A stretch of DNA of 32,000 nt from an uncultured Rhodocyclaceae bacterium (GCA_907163225.1 OU015322.1:2754060-2786059); one strand, 5' to 3'. Positions 18,445 to 25,483 are shown, counted from the stretch's first letter. The notes: a model not told the origin generated them from the sequence alone. Translations and numbers: made by a program.

Positions 18445-19836
18445 ATGAGCGCCAAATTTATTGCCTCGGTTCTTGGCTTTGCCGTAATTTTCTTTTCTGG
18501 CTTTGCGCATTCAACGACGCTCATTTTCGATGCATCGGGAAATATCGTTGGAAGCGTTGCTGGTACGTGGGGAGGTGCAGGCGTTCAAAACCCCTCTGTT
18601 TCGAAGGTCGGAGCTGCAGTAGGGCAAGGCATAACGCAGACGCTTGTGAATCGGGGTTTTAGTGCATCCGACCCTCGCGTTACTTCCACCGTGAAATCAG
18701 TCGCCACACGAGTTGCTAGCACTGTTGCTGTAGCGGGTGCGGGTTCAAGTTGGCTTACTATTCTTTCACGAGCAAATACAGTCGCCGTAGCTGGTGTCCT
18801 TATTTACCAAGGATTGAGTTGGTATTTCGATGCAAAAACCGGACAGGTTACTACTCAACCTCCAGGCACTCTCGCGACACCTATTTTTTCCAACGGCGTG
18901 CAAACTGGACAAATGGCTTGGACGTTGGGTTCAGCTTGGTTCGGTTCGCCAGAGGAGGCATTTAGCTATTCGGTTGAAGGGCCAACACTTAAAAATTATG
19001 CCGACGCTCAGTTCCTGAATGTTGCCGTTACCAAGAACGCGACGTCGGCAACTATTAGCTACACACTTAAGGTTCCTTCTGCCTCAATCAATACGCCCTA
19101 TACAAAGACCGTAACAGGCCAGATCTGGAGCATCGCATCCGCCTGTTCTCCAGGATTCGGTTATTTGTCGGGAACTGGTTGTGTCTCTGCTGGACTCGAT
19201 AAATCACATTGGGCCAACAGCCCGATTCAAACCTATACACCTCAACAGGCGTATGACCAGCTTTCTCAGGCTGCTAAAGATTCGCAGATATCGAAGGAAC
19301 TCATGACTGAGCTGACAAATCGCGTCTGGAAGGATGCTGCTAGCCAGCCGGATTTTCAAGGTGTGCCGTGGTCGGCAAACAATCCGACAAAGCCTGATAC
19401 GTTCACGCCGTATATCACGCAGGAACCTCAAGCCTGGCCGAACACCAAAGAAATTGCATCGCCGGTTTCCACCGCAACGCCACCAGTGGCGCAACCGTTA
19501 GCCGACAACACTGCGATATCGAACCCTACCTCTTCTACGGCTACGAAAGTTGATCTAGGCCCAGATCCGGGTGTTCCTCCGCCCACGCTAGAAGATCCTC
19601 CGACAGACCTGTTTAAACCTATCAAGGATGTTATGGAGCCTTGGCTTTCTTGGCAGGTTCCTAACCATTCAACGGTTTGTCCGACTTGGCACGCTGCGCC
19701 GAGCGTAGCGGGTCACGTATTCGACCTTGATCTTTCTTTTCACTGCACGTTCATCGAAAAGTATCGCAATGCAATTGCTACGGCTGCCATTGTTTGTTGG
19801 GTGGTTGGTGCGGTGTTTATCGTCCTGTCAGCCTAA
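18445..19836 (+). CDS. gIII-like adsorption / minor coat protein
   Basis: I start it at ATG 18445, which gives a signal peptide (MSAKFIASVLGFAVIFFSGFAHS). It has Gly-rich and Pro/Thr-rich linkers and a C-terminal anchor AAIVCWVVGAVFIVLSA. It occupies the position after the coat gene. Confidence 0.6.
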   Translation: MSAKFIASVLGFAVIFFSGFAHSTTLIFDASGNIVGSVAGTWGGAGVQNPSVSKVGAAVGQGITQTLVNRGFSASDPRVTSTVKSVATRVASTVAVAGAGSSWLTILSRANTVAVAGVLIYQGLSWYFDAKTGQVTTQPPGTLATPIFSNGVQTGQMAWTLGSAWFGSPEEAFSYSVEGPTLKNYADAQFLNVAVTKNATSATISYTLKVPSASINTPYTKTVTGQIWSIASACSPGFGYLSGTGCVSAGLDKSHWANSPIQTYTPQQAYDQLSQAAKDSQISKELMTELTNRVWKDAASQPDFQGVPWSANNPTKPDTFTPYITQEPQAWPNTKEIASPVSTATPPVAQPLADNTAISNPTSSTATKVDLGPDPGVPPPTLEDPPTDLFKPIKDVMEPWLSWQVPNHSTVCPTWHAAPSVAGHVFDLDLSFHCTFIEKYRNAIATAAIVCWVVGAVFIVLSA

Positions 19837-19845
19837 GGGGGGCAT

Positions 19846-20163
19846 ATGTACGGAATTTTTCTTTCGGCGCTTTACACCGTTATATCGTTCATTTTTAGGC
19901 AAGTAATAGTCAAATTCATTGTCCTTTGGGCTGTTTACTTTGTGATTGCAGCGTTTGTGAACGCGCTAGCAGGACTGGTTGGTGGAACCAGTCGTTGTTG
20001 TTCTATTACGTTTGATCCATCGGGCTTATCGACGGCGCTATCTCAATTGCCATCGGAAATCTGGTACTGGCTCGATTTGTTTTCCTTTACGCAAGGAGCC
20101 TGTCTTGTCATGACGGCACTTATTTATCGCTTTCTGATTCGCCGCATTCCATTCATTGGGTGA
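19846..20163 (+). CDS. gVI-like small membrane protein
   Basis: 105 aa with several hydrophobic helices, located between gIII-like and Zot. Confidence 0.45.
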   Translation: MYGIFLSALYTVISFIFRQVIVKFIVLWAVYFVIAAFVNALAGLVGGTSRCCSITFDPSGLSTALSQLPSEIWYWLDLFSFTQGACLVMTALIYRFLIRRIPFIG

Positions 20164-20171
20164 GATAGAAC

Positions 20172-21221
20172 ATGGCCATCATTGCTTATACCGGCGTCAT
20201 GGGCTCCGGTAAAACTTACGAAGCTGTTAGCACTGCAATTCTCAATGCGCTCAAGATGGGACGTCGGGTCGTCACCAACATTTCGGGGATCAACTTTGAG
20301 GCAATTCGCGATCACTTGGGGCCGTTTGAAGATGGCTCCATGCTCACACCAGACAAAATTGTTCTGATCCAGTCGAAGCGCATTTCTGAACCTAATTTCT
20401 TTTTTGATCCGGAAGAGCAATGCGAAAGCGTTGTTGTACCGGGCGATCTGGTTTGCATTGATGAGGTCTGGGCCTTCTGGGGAACGGACTGCAAGCTGCA
20501 ACCGGAACACCAGAAATTTTTCCGGATGCACCGGCATTACACCGAGGTTGGTACAGGGACAAGTTGCGATCTGTGTCTCCAGATCCAGGACTTGATGAGT
20601 CTTCATCGTTCAATCCGTGGGGTGCTCGAAAGCACCTACAAATTCACGAAACTCAAAACAATTGGCTGGAGCAGCCGTTATCGAGTCGAAGTCTACGAAG
20701 GATCGAGACAACGCAAGGCTTCACTTGTTTCTGTCAGCGTCAAGAAATACGACAAACGTTTTTTCCCGCTTTACCAAAGCTATGAAGGCGGCTCAGGTTC
20801 CGAAAAAACGGTTGATGGCCGTCAGAACCTGTTCAAGAACAAATGGTTTTTAGCCTCAATGATCATTGCCGTGGTTGGATTGCTCTGGGGTGGATTTTGG
20901 TTTGCGCGGTGGGTTAGCCACATGCAAAGTGGTGGCAAAGATGGAGCGCCGAAAGTTCAGCAGCAGGCCGCACAGCCACAAGGGCAGACACCGGCTGCAA
21001 CTCAATCTTCATCTTCTCCATCCACGACCGCCGTAGCTGTGGATTTTCGTTTGGTCGCGGTTCTTGAACCCACCGCCGGCGAAACAATCGTGATCTTCCA
21101 GACGCAAGACGGACGCTTTGTCCGACAACGCATGAGCGCTGGAATTGTCGATGGCTGGCAAACAGTCGCTGGCTACCAGGGACGAATGGTTGGCTTCTTT
21201 TTCGGGAGCAAAAGCAAATGA
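20172..21221 (+). CDS. Zot / gI-type phage assembly ATPase
   Basis: N-terminal Walker A GVMGSGKTYEAV, Walker B LVCIDEVW and a central TM segment (WFLASMIIAVVGLLWGGFWFA), which matches Zot-family architecture. Confidence 0.85.
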   Translation: MAIIAYTGVMGSGKTYEAVSTAILNALKMGRRVVTNISGINFEAIRDHLGPFEDGSMLTPDKIVLIQSKRISEPNFFFDPEEQCESVVVPGDLVCIDEVWAFWGTDCKLQPEHQKFFRMHRHYTEVGTGTSCDLCLQIQDLMSLHRSIRGVLESTYKFTKLKTIGWSSRYRVEVYEGSRQRKASLVSVSVKKYDKRFFPLYQSYEGGSGSEKTVDGRQNLFKNKWFLASMIIAVVGLLWGGFWFARWVSHMQSGGKDGAPKVQQQAAQPQGQTPAATQSSSSPSTTAVAVDFRLVAVLEPTAGETIVIFQTQDGRFVRQRMSAGIVDGWQTVAGYQGRMVGFFFGSKSK

Positions 21222-22474
21222 TCAAGCTCTACAAAAAACTGGCCTTGTTGCTCGTGCTGCTGGCATGTAATGCCTATGCAGCCGATGCCTCACGACCAGG
21301 TAAATTTTCGCTTGCACTGGACAAGATTCCGGCGCAACAACTCGTCATGCTTTTTTACGACCAATGTGAAAACAAAGGGCTTGTGTTCGATCCGGCGATC
21401 AACAAACTGGAGGAAACCCTGACCGTCAAAACCTCTTCGTTGTCATGCGCTGAGACAAAGCAGATCCTGGGCGATGCACTCTCACGAGCTGGAGTTGTGA
21501 TCGAGCCCAAGAATGGTTACGACGTAGTTTTACTGGCTCGGCGCCAGGTCGAATATGAAGGGTGGCAACAAATGATCTATCGCCCTAAATACCGCGATCC
21601 GCTTGAGCTGGCCCAGATGACGTCGATCATGATTCACAAAGGAGGTTTTGCCCACCAGCGTAGAGGGGCGCAGGTGCAACAAATGGAGTCCAGCCCGGCA
21701 GACGTACCGGAAACGGGCTCGAACGGCGCTAGCATCGTTGCCAAAGCGATAGATAAGCTTGTTTTCTACGGCCCCCCATCGGAGGCCAAAGCAGTGGAAG
21801 CGCTTTTGAATTTGCTCGATGTCCCTTCGCCCCAGATCGAGATCACGGCAGGCATTTATGAATTTCAGAGCGGTCATGCCGAAGGCAGCGCCGTCAATGC
21901 AGCCCTTCGCCTGTTCGGTTCAAAGCTTGGCCTTACCGTGTCTGGCGGGACAACAACCGGAAGCACATTGAAACTTTCGCTGCCAAACCTCGATGCTGCG
22001 CTTTCGCTGCTGGACAGTGACTCCCGATTCAAATACGTCGCACAACCTAGAGTGATGACCAAAGATGGCCAACAAGTTGTTTTCACGTCCGGCCAAGACG
22101 TTCGGGTAAATGGTGCAGTAACCCTCAACGGCTCAGGTCAATCCGTCCAGTCCAAGACAACACTCACGGCTGGCGTATCCCTCCAGGCAACTCCATACAT
22201 TCGCGGTGAAGTCGTGGATCTGTCAGTGCGCCAACAGGTCAGCGATTTTGTCGCATCACCCAATGACGATCCTTCCGTGATGCGTCGAGAGCTCACAAGT
22301 CGCCTGGTTATGCAGCCAGGCTACGTTTATGTAATCGGTGGCCTCAAGACGAATCGAAGGCTCACCGGAAAACAATCGCTGTTTGGATTGCCAATAGGCA
22401 ACTCGCAGGATTCGTCAGATACCGAAATTCTGCTGCTTCTGACCGTCAAGCAAGACCAGCGAAACGACTCCTGA
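21218..22474 (+). CDS. gIV-type secretin
   Basis: It has a signal peptide and a C-terminal secretin signature (VYVIGGLKTNRRLTGKQSLFGLPIGNS...EILLLLTV). It shows ATGA start/stop coupling with Zot. Confidence 0.85.
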   Translation: MIKLYKKLALLLVLLACNAYAADASRPGKFSLALDKIPAQQLVMLFYDQCENKGLVFDPAINKLEETLTVKTSSLSCAETKQILGDALSRAGVVIEPKNGYDVVLLARRQVEYEGWQQMIYRPKYRDPLELAQMTSIMIHKGGFAHQRRGAQVQQMESSPADVPETGSNGASIVAKAIDKLVFYGPPSEAKAVEALLNLLDVPSPQIEITAGIYEFQSGHAEGSAVNAALRLFGSKLGLTVSGGTTTGSTLKLSLPNLDAALSLLDSDSRFKYVAQPRVMTKDGQQVVFTSGQDVRVNGAVTLNGSGQSVQSKTTLTAGVSLQATPYIRGEVVDLSVRQQVSDFVASPNDDPSVMRRELTSRLVMQPGYVYVIGGLKTNRRLTGKQSLFGLPIGNSQDSSDTEILLLLTVKQDQRNDS

Positions 22475-22475
22475 C

Positions 22476-22495
22476 GACTTTCGCATGCGAAAGTC
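22476..22495. repeat. palindrome copy 2: GACTTTCGCATGCGAAAGTC
   Basis: Perfect 20-bp palindrome that starts 2 nt after the secretin stop. Outer arms CTCCTGAC / CAGGAG extend it imperfectly. Confidence 0.9.
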
Positions 22496-22499
22496 AGGA

Positions 22500-22515
22500 G
22501 TGACAAAAAGGTGGC
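22500..22515 (+). repeat. GTGACAAAAAGGTGGC box, copy 1
   Basis: Recurs at 23828-23843 (exact) and at 23630-23646 (one extra A, GTGGTGC). Confidence 0.8.
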
Positions 22516-22560
22516 TTCCGGTAGCGGGTCAAAAATGACGGCAATCGGATGCTGAATTAA

Positions 22561-22803
22561 CTAAGCAAAAGCCCCTGACTGCATTTTCTTGAGAAGCCCA
22601 GCAACAACGTTTCGGCCTGCTATGGTGCCCATATAGCTATTTGGAGTAGCGTTGTTCAATGCTGGGTTGGGATCAGATAGCCATTGTTTTAACCAGGCGC
22701 TTGCATCAAAACCTTCAGCATTGCCTGATTCTTGAACAATTCCCTCAAGCAATCGCAGAAGGTTTGCCTCGGCTTGGGTGTGATTACGTTGTCTTGTGTT
22801 CAA
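22561..22803 (-). CDS. DUF2384 (MbcA/ParS/Xre antitoxin C-terminal, toxin-binding) domain protein, orphan
   Basis: ASAWLKQWLSDPNPALNNATPNSYMGTIAGRNVVAGLLKKMQSG fits the W-L-x-x-P-N-x-A-L-x-x-x-T-P ... G-x-x-x-V ... L pattern of DUF2384. There is no HTH half, and no RES-type toxin ORF lies downstream. Confidence 0.6.
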   Translation of the reverse strand: MNTRQRNHTQAEANLLRLLEGIVQESGNAEGFDASAWLKQWLSDPNPALNNATPNSYMGTIAGRNVVAGLLKKMQSGAFA

Positions 22804-22848
22804 TTTCCTCTCCTATGCGCATCTCAGTCAGCGAAACGAATCCTGAAA

Positions 22849-22866
22849 ACTTTCGCATGCGAAAGT
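22849..22866. repeat. palindrome copy 3: ACTTTCGCATGCGAAAGT
   Basis: Perfect 18-bp palindrome. It shares the flanks CCTGA..(pal)..CAGG with copy 2. Confidence 0.9.
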
Positions 22867-22898
22867 CAGGGAAGCCAAAAAAACTTTAAAATATTTAA

Positions 22899-22961
22899 GT
22901 TACGGTAACAAAAATCACTTGACACAGGCAAAGCATGATATATAATATCGTTACAGTAACG
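22899..22961 (+). promoter_or_regulatory. near-consensus sigma70 promoter bracketed by two GTTAC-N-GTAAC operator-like palindromes
   Basis: TTGACA (22919-22924), a 16-nt spacer and TATAAT (22941-22946), with an A/T-rich UP-like stretch upstream. The palindromes are GTTACgGTAAC (22899-22909) and cGTTACaGTAACg (22949-22961). The RBS AAGGAG precedes ATG 22981. Confidence 0.55.
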
Positions 22962-22980
22962 TAATTAAAGGAGTTTCAAA

Positions 22981-23358
22981 ATGTCTGAATATCAAGCAAA
23001 AGCTGATCTAATTTCTGGCCAGATCGTTGCAACGGCATCGTTTTACACAGGAAACGAAAATTACCAAATTCCCTCTGAATGGATGGCCAAGATTATCAAT
23101 GAAAGAGGAGTGGCTATCACCGTTGCCGAAAGCCAGCTGAAATCAAGAGCATTTTTGATTAAAACGGGTTATGAATTTGAGAATGGATTTGATGCCATCA
23201 TGTTCGCTATAACATTAGCCCAACTGACTAGCACTAGCGAAGATGAAATAGCGTACGCAAAGGAAACAACTAAAAACTGGATAGAAATTGGCGAAGCGGT
23301 TTTTGATGCGGCTCAGGCAGCGATTGCAGAAGCTAAGAAACAGACTGGCGCGGAGTGA
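22981..23358 (+). CDS. hypothetical protein (125 aa), no family recognised
   Basis: It has a good RBS and promoter, an AT-rich coding region and an acidic, helical C-terminus. Confidence 0.6.
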   Translation: MSEYQAKADLISGQIVATASFYTGNENYQIPSEWMAKIINERGVAITVAESQLKSRAFLIKTGYEFENGFDAIMFAITLAQLTSTSEDEIAYAKETTKNWIEIGEAVFDAAQAAIAEAKKQTGAE

Positions 23359-23401
23359 GTGTGATTGATATATTTCGCCGATGCCGTGGGGAGAGCCAGC
23401 T

Positions 23402-23596
23402 ATGCTTAAAGAATCCAAAGTCGAAGAAAAGCCTACTTCTCCGACAGCTAAAGAAAAGCGCCCTAGGGGTCGCCCTCCTAAGGAAGGAGTGGCTGCAACT
23501 GGTGCCCAGCGCATTGCTAAGCTACGTGCAGAGAGAAAAGCTTCCGGGCTATGTCCCTGCTGCGGTCAAGCACTGCCAAGCTCAAATCCGGATTGA
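23402..23596 (+). CDS. small basic protein with an AT-hook-like motif (KRPRGRPPK)
   Basis: ATG 23402 follows GGGGAGAG. The 64-aa product has an RGRP core followed by a basic helix (AQRIAKLRAERKA) and CPCC. Confidence 0.35.
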   Translation: MLKESKVEEKPTSPTAKEKRPRGRPPKEGVAATGAQRIAKLRAERKASGLCPCCGQALPSSNPD

Positions 23597-23624
23597 AATT
23601 AGCAGCTGCTAGAGTAGCTGCACC

Positions 23625-23647
23625 GAAAAGTGACAAAAAAGTGGTGC
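23625..23647 (+). repeat. GAAAAGTGACAAAAAAGTGGTGC box, copy 2 (degenerate)
   Basis: Compare with 23822-23844, GAAAAGTGACAAAAAGGTGGCGC. Confidence 0.7.
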
Positions 23648-23652
23648 CTCCA

Positions 23653-23775
23653 ATGCCCAACTTGAAATCCATCTGGTTGCCTTTGCTTCTGCTATTTCTT
23701 GCTTGGTTTTTGCCGTATTCAGGCATTTGGGCCATCATCAGGAACGCGATCCTCGCAGGATTCGCGCGTTCCTGA
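23653..23775 (+). CDS. possible 40-aa membrane peptide
   Basis: It reads MPNLKSIWLPLLLLFLAWFLPYSGIWAIIRNAILAGFARS. The RBS is poor, so the coding status is doubtful. Confidence 0.2.
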   Translation: MPNLKSIWLPLLLLFLAWFLPYSGIWAIIRNAILAGFARS

Positions 23776-23812
23776 TTTTAGGTTGCTTGTTTTAACCTTT
23801 CTAAATACTTCG

Positions 23813-23844
23813 CTTTTCGACGAAAAGTGACAAAAAGGTGGCGC
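23813..23844 (+). repeat. degenerate palindrome CTTTTCGaCGAAAAG fused to the GTGACAAAAAGGTGGCGC box (copy 3)
   Basis: It has the same two-part architecture as 22476-22515, a CTTTCG...CGAAAG palindrome followed by the GTGACAAAAAGGTGGC box. Confidence 0.7.
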
Positions 23845-24107
23845 ACTTTATAAGTCGCGCCCTCGTCAGCCCCCCCCTTCCTGCTGACTGCTTTTCAAAC
23901 CGCTAATTCACGCATGATCGTACCGCCTTCCCAGACGATGGCTGGTTGGCCACGGGCTTTTACCCTGTTATTGCACTCTATCGAGACAGAAAAAGTGCCT
24001 CATTCCGGCGACTCGTTGGGGTGTACCGATACGGTACGACCTATTCAGTTTCTAAGCGGCTTGATGGGTACACCGCAGAAAACGGAGAAAATCGTACGCT
24101 AAGAGAT

Positions 24108-24434
24108 TCAATGCGCCGGGCTGTCTTCGGAGTCGTCTTGCAGGATCGTTTCGTAGTCCTGGCCGCCGTAGAAAACGCCAATGATCGATACCTGCTCAGC
24201 GTCCACGTCAAAGGCGATCACGGCGCGTTTCTTGTAGTTGGTGATGCGCAGGCCGGGCCGCACGTCATCGCGCATGGTGCCGCGATGGGGAAAAGTGCTC
24301 AGGCTCTCGCAATAGCTCACGATAGCCTCGGTGTACCGCCCGGCGATGTCCGGAGAGGCCGCAGCGGCGATGTGTCCGTACAGGGCCACAAGCTGTTCCT
24401 CGGCCTCCGGAGAGAAAACGACGCGATAGTTCAT
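24108..24434 (-). CDS. parE: ParE-family type II toxin
   Basis: 108 aa. YRVVFSPEAEEQLVALYGHIA...RAVIAFDVDAEQVSIIGVFYGGQDYE is typical of ParE/RelE. Its start overlaps the antitoxin stop (ATGA). Confidence 0.85.
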   Translation of the reverse strand: MNYRVVFSPEAEEQLVALYGHIAAAASPDIAGRYTEAIVSYCESLSTFPHRGTMRDDVRPGLRITNYKKRAVIAFDVDAEQVSIIGVFYGGQDYETILQDDSEDSPAH

Positions 24435-24700
24435 CGCGCCTTGGCGTGTTCGGCAGCAAGGCGGGCGCGCACCTGGTCAATAGTGACAGCGCGGGACGGG
24501 TCTGCTTTGAGCGCATCGTAGGCCGGGCCTACCTGGTGTTGCAACCAGCTTTCGACGGCGCGATCACGCGCCAGGAGCGCACGTAAGCCGTCACGGATGA
24601 CTTCGCTTTCGGTGGCGTACTCGCCAGTCCGCACCTTGGCTTTTACCACGTCCGCCATGTCGTTAGGCAGGGTGATGCTCAGTTGTTGGGTAGTTCGCAT
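24431..24700 (-). CDS. parD: ParD-family (RHH) antitoxin
   Basis: I start it at ATG 24700, preceded by GGAGG. MRTTQQLSITLPNDMADVVKAKVRTGEYATESEVIRDGLRALLARD is ParD/COG3609-like. The ORF-track extension to 24844 is rejected. Confidence 0.85.
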   Translation of the reverse strand: MRTTQQLSITLPNDMADVVKAKVRTGEYATESEVIRDGLRALLARDRAVESWLQHQVGPAYDALKADPSRAVTIDQVRARLAAEHAKAR

Positions 24701-24715
24701 AGCGACCTCCAAAGC

Positions 24716-24744
24716 ATTTGGATAGGATTTAATCCTATCCAAAT
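24716..24744. promoter_or_regulatory. candidate parDE operator
   Basis: Perfect inverted repeat ATTTGGATAGGATT-t-AATCCTATCCAAAT (14-bp arms), 16 nt upstream of the parD start. Confidence 0.55.
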
Positions 24745-24790
24745 GGATCCCAATAGTCCAGCCCGTATTTCGCGGCCGTGAGTTGCAACT

Positions 24791-24942
24791 AATGTGAGCC
24801 CGCCACCATGGAATGCGAGCCCGGTTCGATAAATGCAAGCTCATTTGCAGTTATTGTGAGCCGGGTCGCGGCTTCACTTTCACTTAATTTGAGCCTGGGG
24901 TCGCGTTGAATGCGAGCCCGGCCAGTTTCAAATGCAAGCCGC
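24791..24942 (+). repeat. iteron-like array: 7 direct copies of AATGYRAGCCSG
   Basis: Copies start at 24791, 24812, 24832, 24853, 24886, 24909 and 24931, giving spacings of 21, 20, 21, 33, 23 and 22 bp. All copies have the same orientation. Confidence 0.65.
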
Positions 24943-25030
24943 TACAATTAGGCGTTACACAGCTCGTATCAAACCCGGTGGGATGATCGTCATTCCTCGG
25001 CCGCTCTTAACCAATCAAGGAATGGTAAAA

Positions 25031-25483
25031 ATGGATCGCTGCCTTATTGTTTTCGATTTGGACACAAAGCTGCTTGAGCAGCATTATCACAATGCCAGTT
25101 GGCGCAATGGTTACGCTGATATTCAGCGCGTCTTGAGCAGAAACAACTTCACGAACATTCAAGGAACGGTGTATTTGAGTGATGGAGGGGTAAGACAGGC
25201 TCATGGCACGCTTGCTTTGCAAGAGGTCGCTATTCGCTTCCCGTGGTTTGAAAAGTGCGTCTCCAACATCCAGTTTTATGACTTGGCGGACGACTTTAAC
25301 GCGCAATTCATTGTTGATGGTGTAGCGCAAGCGCGAGCGGCTTTTGAGCGGCGCTTAGCCGTGTTGCGGCAGCAGTTGCTTGATGCTGGACTGACCGTAG
25401 ATAAGATCGATGAAATCATTGGACAGCAACAGTTCTCACTGGAAAACCTATCGTCGAACGCGTTGCTAAAATCGGCTGAATAG
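25031..25483 (+). CDS. VapD-like (Cas2-fold) protein with a C-terminal helical extension
   Basis: ATG 25031 lies 9 nt after AAGGA. LIVFDLDTKLLEQHYHNASWRNGYADIQRVLSRNNFTNIQGTVYLSD aligns by eye with H. influenzae VapD (AFDL..YH..Y.DI..VL..F...QGS.Y). About 55 extra C-terminal residues follow. Confidence 0.7.
   Translation: MDRCLIVFDLDTKLLEQHYHNASWRNGYADIQRVLSRNNFTNIQGTVYLSDGGVRQAHGTLALQEVAIRFPWFEKCVSNIQFYDLADDFNAQFIVDGVAQARAAFERRLAVLRQQLLDAGLTVDKIDEIIGQQQFSLENLSSNALLKSAE

Noticed and set aside
23946-24521. 191-aa plus-strand ORF (also 23914-24102)
   Set aside because: It lies antisense to the clear parE/parD pair, and it has no RBS and no recognisable motif.
24701-24844. N-terminal extension of the parD ORF
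   Set aside because: An internal ATG with a GGAGG RBS gives a typical 89-aa RHH antitoxin. The extension would cover the operator palindrome and part of the iteron array.
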